Assembly: GCA_964016885.1 (NCBI GenBank)
Contig: OZ024743.1
Span: 5,890,001 to 5,954,000, forward strand
Source: Eledone cirrhosa
Lineage: Eukaryota
DNA: 64,000 nucleotides
Direction: 5' to 3'
How positions within the stretch are numbered: position 1 is the first letter of the stretch; each line of letters begins with the position of its first letter. Under the pieces are notes generated by a model that saw nothing but the letters and a program-made list of their open reading frames with translations, searched no databases and was not told the origin of the DNA. The translations under genes were made by a program, and so were the position numbers. Positions 1-11,439 of the stretch are shown here, piece after piece.

Positions 1-2660
1 TCTAGCTCCCAGTAGTCTGTTAGTCAGTGTTGTCTTAGCCAAGCAGTTAAAACACACCTCTAGACCCCAGTAGTCTGTTAGTCAGTGTCACCTTAGCTGA
101 GCAGTTAAAACACACCTCTAGCTCCCAGTAGTCTGTTAGCCAGTATCACCTTAGCCAAGCAGTTAAAACACACCTCTAGACCCCAGTAGTCTGTTAGTCA
201 GTGTCACCTTAGCCAAGCAGTTAAAACACACCTCTAGCCCCGAGTAGTCTGTTAGTCAGTGTCACCTTAGCTGAGCAGTTAAAACACACCTCTAGCTCCC
301 AGTAGTCTGTTAGCCAGTATCACCTTAGCTGAACAGTTAAAACACACCTCTAGCTACAGTAGTCTGTTAGTCAGTGTTGTCTTAGCCAAGCAGTTAAAAC
401 ACACCTCTAGCTCCCAGTAGTCTGTTAGTCAGTATTGTCTTAGCCAAGCAGTTAAAACACACCTCTAGCTCCCAGTAGTCTGTTAGTCAGTGTTGTCTTA
501 GCCAAGCAGTTAAAACACACCTCTAACTCCCAGTAGTCTGTTAGTCAGTGTTGTCTTAGCCAAGCAGTTAAAACACACCTCTAGCTACAGTAGTCTGTTA
601 GTCAGTGTTGTCTTAGCCAAGCAGTTAAAACACACCTCTAGCTCCCAGTAGTCTGTTAGTCAGTGTTGTCTTAGCCAAGCAGTTAAAACACACCTCTAGA
701 CCCCAGTAGTCTGTTAGTCAGTGTCACCTTAGCTGAGCAGTTAAAACACACCTCTAGCTCCCAGTAGTCTGTTAGCCAGTATCACCTTAGCCAAGCAGTT
801 AAAACACACCTCTAGCCCCCAGTAATCAGTTAGACACTGTCACCTTAGCTGAACAGTTAAAACACACCTCTAGCTACAGTAGACTGTTAGTCAGTATCAC
901 TTTAGCTGTGCAGTTAAAACACACCTCTAGCTACAGTAGACTGTTAGTCAGTATCACTTTAGCTGTGCAGTTAAAACACACCTCTAGCTACAGTAGTCTG
1001 TTAGTCAGTATCACTTTAGCTGTGCAGTTAAAACACACCTCTAGCTACAGTAGACTGTTAGTCAGTATCACTTTAGCTGTGCAGTTAAAACACACCTCTA
1101 GCCCCCAGTAATCAGTTAGACAGTGTCACCTTAGCTGAACAGTTAAAACACACCTCTAGCTACAGTAGTCTGTTAGTCAGTATCACTTTAGCTGTGCAGT
1201 TAAAACACACCTCTAGCCCCCAGTAATCAGTTAGACACTGTCACCTTAGCTGAACAGTTAAAACACACCTCTAGCTACAGTAGTCTGTTAGTCAGTATCA
1301 CTTTAGCTGTGCAGTTAAAACACACCTCTAGCTACAGTAGTCTGTTAGTCAGTATCACTTTAGCTGTGCAGTTAAAACACACCTCTAGCCCCCAGTAATC
1401 AGTTAGACAGTGTCACCTTAGCTGAACAGTTAAAACACACCTCTAGCCCCCAGTAATCAGTTAGACAGTGTCACCTTAGCTGAACAGTTAAAACACACCT
1501 CTAGCTACAGTAGTCTGTTAGTCAGTATCACTTTAGCTGTGCAGTTAAAACACACCTCTAGCTACAGTAGTCTGTTAGTCAGTATCACTTTAGCTGTGCA
1601 GTTAAAACACACCTCTAGCTACAGTAGTCTGTTAGTCAGTATCACTTTAGCTGTGCAGTTAAAACACACCTCTAGCCCCCAGTAATCAGTTAGACACTGT
1701 CACCTTAGCCAAGCAGTTAAAACACACCTCTAGACCCCAGTAGACTGTTAGTCAGTATCACTTTAGCTGTGCAGTTAAAACACACCTCTAGCTACAGTAG
1801 TCTGTTAGTCAGTATCACTTTAGCTGTGCAGTTAAAACACACCTCTAGCTACAGTAGTCTGTTAGTCAGTATCGCTTTAGCTGAGCAGTTAAAACACACC
1901 TCTAGTCCCCATTAGTCAGTGTCACCTTAGCTGAGCAGTTAAAACACACCTCTAGCCCTCAGAAGTCAGTGTCACCTTAGCTGAGCAGTTAAAACACACC
2001 TCTAGCTCTCAGTAGTCAGTGTCACCTTAGCTGAACAGTTAAAACACACCTCTAGCCCTCAGAAGTCAGTGTCACCTTAACTGAACAGTTAAAACACACC
2101 TCTAGTCCTCAGAAGTCAGTGTCACCTTAACTGAACAGTTAAAACACACCTCTAGCCCTCAGAAGTCAGTGTCACCTTAACTGAACAGTTAAAACACACC
2201 TCTAGCCCTCAGAAGTCAGTGTCACCTTAACTGAACAGTTAAAACACACCTCTAGACCTCAGTAGTCAGTGTCACCTTAACTGAGCAGTTAAAACACACC
2301 TCTAGCCCTCAGAAGTCAGTTTCACCTTAACTGAACAGTTAAAACACACCTCTAGCCCTCAGTAGTCAGTGTCACCTTAACTGAGCAGTTAAAACACACC
2401 TCTAGCCCTCAGAAGTCAGTGTCACCTTAACTGAGCAGTTAAAACACACCTCTAGCCCTCAGAAGTCAGTGTCACCTTAACTGAACAGTTAAAACACACC
2501 TCTAGCCCTCAGTAGTCAGTGTCACCTTAACTGAATAGTTAAAACACACCTCTAGCCCTCAGAAGTCAGTGTCACCTTAGCTGAGCAGTTAAAACACACC
2601 TCTAGCTCTCAGTAGTCAGTATTGTCTTAGCTGAGCAGCTAAAATACACCTTTGGTCCTT
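1..2660. repeat. Tandem minisatellite, 58/57-bp units switching to 50-bp units at ~1.9 kb; runs off the left edge
   Basis: Unit TCTAGCTCCCAGTAGTCTGTTAGTCAGTGTTGTCTTAGCCAAGCAGTTAAAACACACC (58 bp), 57-bp variant with TCTAGCTACAG, 50-bp variant TCTAGCCCTCAGAAGTCAGTGTCACCTTAACTGAACAGTTAAAACACACC; degenerates after ~2640. Confidence 0.97.
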
Positions 2661-2889
2661 AGTAGTGAGTAGTTTTTTAGCAGTGTTGTCTGGTTACCTT
2701 GACTGGTTTTAACACCTATCTGCTTTTGGCTTAAACCAATTGGAGCATATTACTGGCATTTCTTTGATTCTGGAAGGATAGAAGACAAAGTTAATTTGAA
2801 TTTAGCTTTTAAGGGGGGGACAATGAAATTCTATTTATTAATTTACTGCAGTAAAAGAGAAAACACTTACTATTTATTTAGTATTATTT

Positions 2890-3075
2890 TGGCAGTATCG
2901 GTAGAGTGTCGGACGCCATGCTCTCCAGCATAGTTACGTCCCTTTACGATCTGAGTTCAAATCCCGCCGAGGTTGACTTTGCCTTTCATCCTTACGGGGT
3001 TGATAAAATAAAGTACCAGTAATGCACTGGGTAATTACTGGCCTTGTGCCTAAAGTAGAAACAATTATTATTATA
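2890..3075 (+). mobile_element. tRNA-derived SINE, copy 1
   Basis: A-box-like TGGCAGTATCGGTAG, B-box GAGTTCAAATCC, central GCCTTTCATCCTTACGGGGTTGATAAAATAAAGTACCAG, (ATT)n tail. Confidence 0.8.
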
Positions 3076-3106
3076 GGGTGTATTATTATTTAGTATTATT
3101 ATTATA

Positions 3107-3305
3107 GGGGCAGTAGATTGGCAGTATTGGTAGAGGATCAGACGCCATGCTTTGCGGCATAGAGTTACCGCCCTTTACGGTCTGAGTTCAAATCCCGCTG
3201 AGGTTAACTTTGCCTTTCATCCTTACGGGGTCAATAAAATAAAGCACCAGTAATGCACTGGGATAATTGCTGGCCTTGTGCCAAAAGTAGAAACAATTAT
3301 TATTA
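3107..3305 (+). mobile_element. tRNA-derived SINE, copy 2 (tandem with copy 1)
   Basis: Near-identical to 2890-3075 at ~230 bp offset; same A/B boxes and tail. Confidence 0.8.
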
Positions 3306-3583
3306 TAGAGTGTAGAATAATACATTGTTTTAGGAACTATTATTCAAATTGTGCTGTAGGTATAAATGGACAAACATGTTATACTCAATATATCTAAGTC
3401 TGTTGAGATACAATTCCTTCTTCACAGTAAAGTTGATTAGCATTTATACAGTTATTTCACTGTAAAGACTTATGCTTACAATTCAAGAAAGCAGTTGAAC
3501 TTTTAACTTATATTGAAAAATAGATTTTACAAGGCATGTGTACATTTGTGAAAAAAATTTGTATTTTGCTTATTTTCAACCAG

Positions 3584-3742
3584 ACATGCGTGTGTGCAAA
3601 TCGTTTCCTTGTTCAAAGTGGAATCCATGATGAATTTGTCAAGCGTTTTGCTAAAGCTATTGAAACTGATGTGAAAGTGGGAAATGGCTTGGATGCTGGA
3701 GTGACTATGGGTCCCCTCATAAATTCAGCTGCTGTTGATAAG
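3584..3742 (+). CDS. ALDH5A1: SSADH internal exon with the catalytic cysteine ([19 protein letters not shown]...[11 protein letters not shown])
   Basis: ttttcaaccag acceptor, AAG|gtaaga donor, 159 bp, phase 0/0; the SSADH (Q)TCVC motif and GPLIN motif match the ALDH5 family. Confidence 0.93.
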
Positions 3743-4019
3743 GTAAGATTGCTTGTCTTTTTCTATGTCTCTTCAATTTCTTTCTACTTCTTTGGTATGG
3801 TATGGACCTGTAACTCCTGAGGGATTTGTAAGGGAACTGTCTTGACTTATGAAGTTTCTAGGACATTTTAAAACCTGGCAGTCTATCTCCTCTCTAGGTT
3901 TGAATACAGAGAAGGATATAGACTAAAGAGTGAAAGAAAGGAAGTGAGAAAGATATAGAGGAAGAATCAACCCCAGTACTTTCTTTTTTTTCTCAGGGAA
4001 AAGATGGCTTTATAGAATT

Positions 4020-4783
4020 TTTAATGGAGATAGAATTATTATGGTTAAGAACCAACTTTAATGAGAAAAAATTTTAATAATTCGACCAACAAATGGAAGT
4101 AAACATTTCAAATCAATCTGAAGGCAATTATGAAAGGAAATTCAAAAACAAACACCATTCCTGAAAAAAGTTAACATTCACAAAATTCACAAACCTCACT
4201 CAGAACTAACAAATCCAGTACTAAAATATCAAACTTACATTCACCAAAGCTATTGTGATAATTCAAGGATATTTAGATAGTATAATAACCCCACTAAAAG
4301 AACCCAAGTGTTCTCTGCGTTAAAACAGGATTTGTCTCAATATACACAAAGGAACGGAAACTACAACTCGCAAAACAATTTCAAACAGGATCTAGAAGCT
4401 AACAACCTAAGAACATCTGAAACTACTATAAATGACCACACAATAACAGAAAAAAGCCATCAGATACAGAAATACCCATGATAGGACGAATTTGAAAGAT
4501 AATTTTTTGACCAAGTCTACAGAATCCACAACACTCGGTGGTACAAAATGATTACAAAAAAACAAAAATAATCAATCGAATATAAATCTCTCAATCCAAC
4601 AAATCAAAATCCTCTTAAAGGGATAAAAATTCACTTCACCACCTCAATGGAATACAGAGGAATTTCTTGACAAGGAAAACAGTGATGAGTCAAATTGTAC
4701 AGAATAAAAGCAGCTACAAACTTATAAAAGGTAGAAATAAAGCTTTGGATAAGTTTTGTGATCACATATAAACTTTTGCATAC
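4020..4783 (+). pseudogene. Highly decayed Penelope-like element, left part
   Basis: A/C-rich strand; NLSIQQIKILLKG-x-KFTSPP at ~4585-4645 resembles the PLE LS..E..LL.KGL.F.PTP motif; continues after the Gypsy insertion. Left boundary approximate. Confidence 0.5.
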
Positions 4784-4981
4784 TGTAATGAGAAAGCTAC
4801 TGCACTTACCGCAATTCTGCTAGTTCACTCAGCGAGATAGCCTCATCCACATGGATATAGTCCGTTCGTTGGTTGCAGCTTGCATTCGCACGTCCGATTC
4901 ATCGCGGGTCACAGCCAAAAGAGGGCCCACAGATGCTCCTGGGTACGCATCTCACCTCACTTCCTCTTCCGCTTCCGGTCA
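4784..4981 (-). repeat. 3' LTR (truncated on its internal side)
   Basis: Matches 8556-8757 (TGTAATGAGAAAGCTACTGCACTTACCGCAATTCTGCTAG...); lacks the ~30 bp equivalent to 8758-8787. Confidence 0.85.
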
Positions 4982-5835
4982 TCCAACTAGGCGGTCGGCG
5001 ATCTTGCTGCGATCTCCGTAATATTGGGGCAGTGCTTTGGATTTCCTCTTCCTTGGAGTCCATCAACACAACGACTCTACGGACATCCAGGATATGACGT
5101 GGCACTCCATCCACAGACACGTTATTCTGGGAATTTATGGCCGTTACCGTTCCCTTTCCCCATTGAGATGTGCAACGTGCATCTGGGGGCTTAACCCAGA
5201 CTCCTTCGCCCACCTGTACGAATGGGTTCTCTCTCTCCACTGGCCATTGTGGTACAGTGCACGGGTGCCGCCACTCGTATCTGTATATTGCTCTGTGTGG
5301 CACCGATTCCTCAGTCTGTCCCACCCGAGGGGACATATACCAAAACACTGCCTCCATTGGTGAGATGTGCCCCCGCTCCGCCATTGCTTTGATTGTGCGG
5401 TGGTGTCGCTCCACGATTCCATTTCCGCTTGGCCTGTATGCACCAATCAAGCATCTCCCTCAGCGCCTCCGAGCGGAACGCTGCGCTGGTGTCCATCAGC
5501 AGTTCATCCACAGGGCTCCGCTCCAAGATCTCTCTCAATGTCCGTATGATTTCCTCCATAGTTCCCGTCTTCATTTCCCTCCATATCGCCAGCCGTCCTG
5601 GACCACAGTCAGCCATCGAGAGTTCCCTGTTGGTAGTGTGTTACGTCCACCGCCAATCGCTTTCAGTCGCGATCCACCGGGAGACTCCTGTCTCGTGCAC
5701 ACCTGGGGCAAGATCGATAGACTGACATTGGACGCAGCCTCTAACCACTCTCTGGACACTGTGTCTGCTAACGTCAGAGTCGATTCTCCTGGCTAGGAAC
5801 AGGGTCCTATCCACTACCATGTGGTGCATGTCATG
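4982..5835 (-). pseudogene. Gypsy integrase (frameshifted)
   Basis: HHCC zinc finger (HDMHH...CVQC), core motifs ELLMDTSAAF and AYRPSGNGIVERHHRTIK, C-terminal VWVK and LRRSQQDRRPPSW, spread over several frames. Confidence 0.85.
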
Positions 5836-6414
5836 CAACTCTTTAAGTTCCGACTCGCTCAGCCGACACACAGCAGCTATCCCCACTGCTACATCCTCCG
5901 GTGCTTCCATCCAGGCTTTCTTCACCCTGGTTAGAACGTCTGCTCTATTTTTCTCTGAGGGCACGAAGACCACACTCAACCTCAGGTCGAACTCGGCAGC
6001 CAGCTCTCCTAGAGTTCCCAGGCGACGCTTTATCAGCATTTCCGCCGCCACTCTCTTCTCACTGGTAAGCACTGATCTCACCCATCCGAGTACAGTGGCC
6101 GAGTCGGTGCGAATCTCAACGGTGCGCAGTCCCCACCTCAAGGCGAGGTTCACCCCTCTCAACACCGCGTCCAGCTCGGCCACATTGATGTGGTTGCAAT
6201 CGTCCTTCCTGAGCCAGGCTGCATCCTCGACCTCGACTCCTCCTATCTCCAGCGTGACACCTAGCGCTATGCTGCTGGTATCACACCATACGGTCCCACT
6301 CTGTGATTCGGGGACATACCAGCATCCTCGCACCGGGTCGTCGGCCTTCACCCTCCCCACAATCTCCTGCATCATGGCCACCGTGCTCTCTCCCACCTTG
6401 TCATTCCAAGTCAC
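5836..6414 (-). pseudogene. Gypsy RNase H
   Basis: VWCDTSSIALG, HINVAELDAV, IRTDSATV, NRADVLTR motifs. Confidence 0.85.
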
Positions 6415-6423
6415 CCCGTCCGC

Positions 6424-7134
6424 TCATCTCTTGACATAGCTGCATGCCATCCGGAGCCACCCAGTGATTGGGTAGTTACCCACCAATTTTCCACATGCCG
6501 AGAAGAGTTCCCGTCTATTCATATTTGGGCCCAGTTCTGGGACTTCATTTCCCCTCCGAAACACTAATGTGCCCGTCTTATCTCTTCGCAGCCTAAGTCC
6601 CAGCGCGGCTCCTCCCTCCAACACCTCTGACGGCTTCGCAGTCAATCCGTGCCCTTGTAAATGGCTTGTGACCTCCGCCGCCGACACTACAGTCTCGTCC
6701 ACTAGGATGTCGTCGATGTAGGAATTGGTATCCCTCTTCATCTTGTCAGTCTTTCCCAGAATGGTCTTGAGGACCGCGGCCATGATCTTCGGTGCAGAGT
6801 TCAGCCCGAAGCCGAGGCTGGTCAGGCAATATGTCCGGCCCTTATACCTGACCAGCTGATACTGCCACAGCTTCTCCTCCACATGTAGCTGTAGATATGC
6901 CGACTTTAAATCGATGATTGTGGAAGCCCCCCCCCCCCCCCCCGTCATACGTCTCCACTCACGCAGAGTTTCCCCGCAGACATCCGTGACCTCGCCACCC
7001 ATGTGGCACGACACATGCTCATTCACATTCAGCTCCCGAAATTCCAATACCGGTCTCACCTTGTTCTTCGTGGGTTGTGCCACCACCATTAATGGCAGTA
7101 CCCCGCACTTCACCTCCTCTTTCCAGGCAAGCAT
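6424..7134 (-). pseudogene. Gypsy reverse transcriptase
   Basis: IDLKSAYLQL, LGFGLNSAPKIM, YIDDILV catalytic motif. Confidence 0.9.
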
Positions 7135-7193
7135 TATGCCCTCCTTGATCCATCTTTCTACCTATCGCTCGAACTCGCTCCTAATGTCTCCTT

Positions 7194-7700
7194 TCAATGT
7201 GTGTTGATAGCAGCCCACTTTGTGTTCTTCAGTGTTGGTGGTTCTCCCTTCCAGTACCACTCAACAACCCATCGTTGCCCGTCGAACACGGCCTTGAAGT
7301 CTTTATCCTGTACAGTGTAAGCGGCATATTTTTCCTCGTGGGCCTTCTCGTTCTCCTGTCTTGTACTCACAGCGCATACGGGTGCGGCGCTGCCAAATGT
7401 CATGCAGCCATCGTTCATTGTGTCACCTCCTAAACGGCCAATCGCGTCCATGCCCATAACTACGCCGATTCCATCCACCATGCAGTCGACCACAATGGCC
7501 GAAAGCCTTATTTTCTTTCCCCGTACCACCATCTCCACCTCGCTACGACCTCGACATTCAATCTTCCTACCGTCGACTGCCTTTACGCTACTCTTCCCTC
7601 TCCACTTCTGCACCACTCCCATGGTCACTAGTGTCGTCGTACAGCCCGTGTCCACGAGGGCTCATAATGGCTTTCCCCTCACAAAGACTTTCACCACGGG
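7194..7700 (-). pseudogene. Gypsy aspartic protease
   Basis: ALVDTGCTTT active site, VVMGMDAI motif. Confidence 0.85.
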
Positions 7701-8461
7701 CAGCGCCTCTACTCGCGAGGGGTAGCTACTGGCGGGCGCAGTAGCTCCCCTTGGACCATTTCCCTGGTCGCAACTGGTAGCGATGTGGCCCGGCCGCCTA
7801 CACCAGTAGCAAATTATGTCCGGCCTTGACTCTCTACAGTCTCTTGCCATGTGCGCACTCTGGCACCTAAAACAACAACCTCTAAACGTTCGCGGGCGAC
7901 TGCAAGCCGTGTTTGTCTCCCTTTCGCTGTCGGCTGCGCCGGGCCTCTGTCGCTGCTATTGCCGCAACACTCTTCTTGGAATCCTCTGCTATGATGTGGG
8001 CTTGCTCTACCAGTGCACGCATCTCCATTTCCTTGTAGCCAGGTATTTGCTGCAGTTTCACCGCGATGTCATCCGGAAATCCGTTTATGAACGCGAACCG
8101 CACCGCATGTTCGCATTCCACCTGAAACCCAGCCAGCATGGTCAATCACCTTATCTTCGCTGCAAAAATATCCACACGCTCACCATTCCACCTAATCCTT
8201 GCCAGCTTCCATCATACGCCGCTCAATTTTTTGCGCGTCCCTCTGGCTGAGGTCATCCATCTCTAGGTACAACGCTAACGCGTCGCCTTCGAGATAGAGT
8301 GCGATGAGGCCCGCTACATCGTCTATCTTTTGTAGTTCAGCGACCAGCCAAACCTTTCGCATCCTGGCGACGTCACCTTCACCGGTAAAAGCTCTCATTA
8401 CTTCTCCACTCATCCGTAATCTCGTCGCCATCTCCTTAGTCCTGCGGTAAGTAACAAACAA
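7701..8461 (-). pseudogene. Gypsy gag (frameshifted)
   Basis: ALYLEGDALALY capsid-like segment; CCHC knuckles (CYWCRRPGHIATSC and a degraded upstream copy). Confidence 0.75.
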
Positions 8462-8555
8462 CAGAATCCTCTGTTTTCCAGTAGCTTTGTCTTAAAAAAA
8501 AATTCTTCTCTTTTTCTCTTTTTTCAATTGTAAGTCATCAGATGCCGAAATAGCT

Positions 8556-8787
8556 TGTAATGAGAAAGCTACTGCACTTACCGCAATTCTGCTAGGCTCA
8601 TCCACATGGGTATAGTCCGTTCGTCGCTTGCAGCTTGTATTCGCACATCCGATTCGTCGCGGGTCACAGCCGAAAGAGGGCCCACAGATGCTCCTGCGTA
8701 CGCATCTCACCTCACTTGCTCTCCTGCCTCCGGTCGATCGTCCCCAGCTTCCGGTCACCTCCTCCACACCACCACACTATCCCCACA
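8556..8787 (-). repeat. 5' LTR (232 bp)
   Basis: Bounded by TG/CA and followed by the TSD CATAC; about 9 substitutions in ~149 aligned bp plus a 17-bp indel versus the 3' LTR (manual count). Confidence 0.85.
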
Positions 8788-8792
8788 CATAC

Positions 8793-9030
8793 AATGAACT
8801 AAACCCAAACCCAAAACCAATTGAAAGGAATGGGAAATTATCCATGAATTCAAAAACAATAATGACATCATAATTAAGGAAGTACTGTCGTCATTATGGG
8901 TGTTGAAAACTATAAAAATGCTATATTTTCTTTCCTATGAGTCATTACCTATTATAAAAAGGAACACAATTACCAGCAATCAAAAATGATGATCAGACAA
9001 AACACTCATCAAAAAGGCTTAACAAAAAAA
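8793..9030 (+). pseudogene. Decayed Penelope-like element, right part
   Basis: NNDIIIKE/STVVIM...ENYKNAIFSFL...YYKK matches PLE DIIIKxADKGSTVVIM with the ADKG segment deleted. Confidence 0.55.
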
Positions 9031-9130
9031 GTATGTGACTGAAAGAGAGATCTTGCCTCTCTTTCTTCCCCACAAAATTGTTGGCCTTGTACCAAAATTA
9101 GAAACCACTATTACGACATCTAACAACAGC

Positions 9131-9333
9131 ATGTTGGGGTTGGCTAAAAAGTTCATAGGCTGACCAAGATACTTTCATGGAATGACCAAATGAGGTTTAT
9201 TTTTCAACATAGTCTGTGGAAAGAAACAACGCCGTTATTAATAAGAAGAGTTGAAATTAATGCATGCAAGATTTCATAGCTCTAACATCACCCCTTTATA
9301 GTCAGCCTATGAACTTTCCAGCTGACACTCGTA
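9131..9333. mobile_element. Tc1/mariner-type MITE
   Basis: Imperfect TIRs GGGGTTGGCTAAAAAGTTCATAGGCTGAC and GTCAGCCTATGAACTTTCCAGCTGACACTCG, followed by TA. Confidence 0.7.
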
Positions 9334-9364
9334 TATATGTGTATATATATAAACTCCCAAAACA

Positions 9365-9930
9365 ACTATTATACAGCCAGTAACACACTGGGAAATGCCT
9401 TCAGCAGAAACCAAGAAAAAGATATAAAGACTGCATAAAAAAACTACCTTAAGGATCTACAAATTGAAGTTCAGAACTAGGAAGTGCTTGCTTTAAAGAG
9501 GATTGAATGGGGTGGACATGTGAAGGAAAGCTGCAGCATATTTGAAGAGAGATGTCTCGACCTTGACAGACTTCAGTGTCAGCTTCGAATAAGCCACAGT
9601 CTGAACCTCAATAAGAACATAGGGAACTGGAGATGTGAAGTGTGTGGTCGTTTACTGCTCTCTAAAATCTGGGTACATCACTCATCTAAAATTATATGAA
9701 AGACCAACTGTATGCAGTACTATCGAACCTAATACTAGGTGAGACAATATGTGTGGTGTGCAGAAAAATTTGCAAATTAATTTCTGGTCTTAAAAAAGCA
9801 TATGTGAATACATAAGGATGACATCCCATAAACTGAGCCAATCAATACAATAGAGAGCACATATTTTGTCTGTCACATTTTCTGTAGACCATGCAGTTGA
9901 ACTTAAAAGCCACCTAAGAGGTCATGTACA
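9365..9930 (+). pseudogene. Decayed non-LTR retrotransposon 3' end with C-terminal C2H2 zinc fingers
   Basis: KPRKRYKDCIK...EVLALKRIEW (RTE-like RT C-terminus), then CEVCGRLLLS, CVVCRKICK..GLKKH and CHI...LKSHLRGH, with stops and frameshifts. Confidence 0.55.
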
Positions 9931-9961
9931 GACACGTTTGGGGGTGGTGAGAAGTATACAT

Positions 9962-10957
9962 ATCATCAACACCATTTTACGTCCGTTCTTCCATGCTAGC
10001 ATGGGTTAGACGGGTTGTTCTGTTGTGGGCAGTGTCCAGTCGGCTGACCATACCTTGCCCATACGGGAACCGATTCTGGCTTGATTTCTACAGCTGGATG
10101 CCCTTCCTAACACCAACTTCATTCACAGTGAGTGCTGAGTGCTTTTTTCCATGGCGCCTACACGTCCACTTTACAGTGTGGGCTGGGTGCTCTTTTGCCG
10201 TGGCACCTCCAAGACCACTTTGCAGTGGGAGGGGGTGGGGGCATATTGTCTATATGCTTCAGCTTTGGCTTGTACCCATGGGGGGGGGGTCTTCTGTATT
10301 ACTGCGTGACACCAGAGGTCACGGTCGTGTGTCATCGCCTTTGAGAGGTATAATTGGGTAAGGTCGGCTTTTATCACCTCATCCCAGGTCTTCTTGGGTC
10401 TCCCTACTCTGCGGTTTCCATCGACTTCTAGTATTCTGCACCTTTTTATGCAGCTGTCATCCTTCATACGCATCACATGTCCATACCAACGCAACCGTCT
10501 CTCCTGCACACAGCATTTGATTCCTCTTATGCTCAGTCTCTCTCTCAATTCATTTATGCTTTGCCGTTCGCGTATATTACTATTACACATCCATCGGAGC
10601 ATGCAGGCTTCGTTTCTTTCTAATCTACGCAAGTCTTCCACAGACAGCGCCCAGGTCTCACTACCATGTAACATTGCTGTTCATATACATGCATCATACT
10701 GTCTGCCTTTCATTTTGCAGCTAGCAGTGGCAGTAGCTCCCTGAACTTCTTCCATCCCATTCTTACCCTAGTTATTGTACTTTCCGAACACCCACCTCCG
10801 CTGCTAATTCGGTCACCTAGGTAACAGAAGCTGTCTACTGTTTCTACAGAGTTTGGTGGTACTTGTTTCCTGTGGCTGTTTGCTGCTTGATGTCCCAGCA
10901 CAGCTGCTACATGTGAAGCCTCCATTCTTAGTTAAGCTCCCTGAGATCCCGCTACAT
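9962..10957 (-). mobile_element. 5'-truncated RTE-clade LINE, copy 1
   Basis: VDSFCYLGD, MLHGSETW, RRLRWYGHV, GRPKKTW; 3' end CATGCTAGCATGG...GGACGTAAAA plus TGA-type tail; flanked by TA-rich microsatellite. Confidence 0.9.
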
Positions 10958-11031
10958 ACATATGTATGCATATATATACATATATACATCTCTTTCTCTC
11001 TCTCTATATATATATGTATATATATATAAAT

Positions 11032-11176
11032 GGGAGGGTCAGCTGAAAAGCTTATAGATTGAAAAGTTCATAGGCTGACCAAGATACTCTCATGGTTTAT
11101 TTTTCAACATATTACACGGAAAGAAACAATGCAGTTATTGGTAACTGTTGAAATTAAAGCATGCAAGATTTCACAG
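11032..11176 (+). mobile_element. Partial second copy of the mariner-type MITE
   Basis: GAGGGTCAGCTGAAAAG...AAAAGTTCATAGGCTGACCAAGATACT...CATGCAAGATTTCA matches 9131-9280. Confidence 0.7.
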
Positions 11177-11439
11177 GGTCCAGATTAATATCAAACATAT
11201 TTTTAACCAAGAAAACATTGTGAAAGAACATCCGGAAACAGGTTGAGGAAAAAAAAACAAACTGGTCACACTACAATATTATAAAGTAGTATTAGTGTAT
11301 CATTACATTCTAAACTTGTTTTCTCTCTGATTTTCAGTTTGTCATAATTAATGTGACAGATATATCTGAATATATATATTCAGTGGACGGTGTTTTTTGT
11401 CATGACACCTACACGACTACTTTACAGTCTGTGCTGGTG

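Larger units (their letters stand above)
4784..8787 (-). mobile_element. Ty3/Gypsy LTR retrotransposon, full span but frameshifted and non-autonomous
   Basis: TG...CA termini, 5-bp TSD CATAC (4779-4783 and 8788-8792), direct terminal repeats, order gag-PR-RT-RH-INT on the minus strand. Confidence 0.93.

Noticed and set aside
908-1111. 67-aa repetitive ORF
   Set aside because: Product of 57-bp minisatellite units
1-2660. CRISPR-like look (constant core with variable intervals)
   Set aside because: The intervals are variants of one another, not unique spacers; no cas genes; eukaryotic intron context
2890-3305. tRNA genes
   Set aside because: A/B boxes are present but there is no cloverleaf; they continue into a SINE body and tail
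3536-3820. 94-aa ORF as a complete gene
   Set aside because: Only 3584-3742 is exon; the flanks are intronic and bounded by AG/GT
4950-4977. Purine-rich minus-strand tract as the PPT, with LTRs ending at 4949/8704
   Set aside because: A similar tract is also present beside the other LTR, and the TSD places the element end at 8787, so it is LTR-internal
4873-8873. Plus-strand ORFs across the Gypsy element and the antisense ORFs over the RTEs and PLE
   Set aside because: Shadow frames of GC-richer retroelement coding sequence with no recognisable motifs
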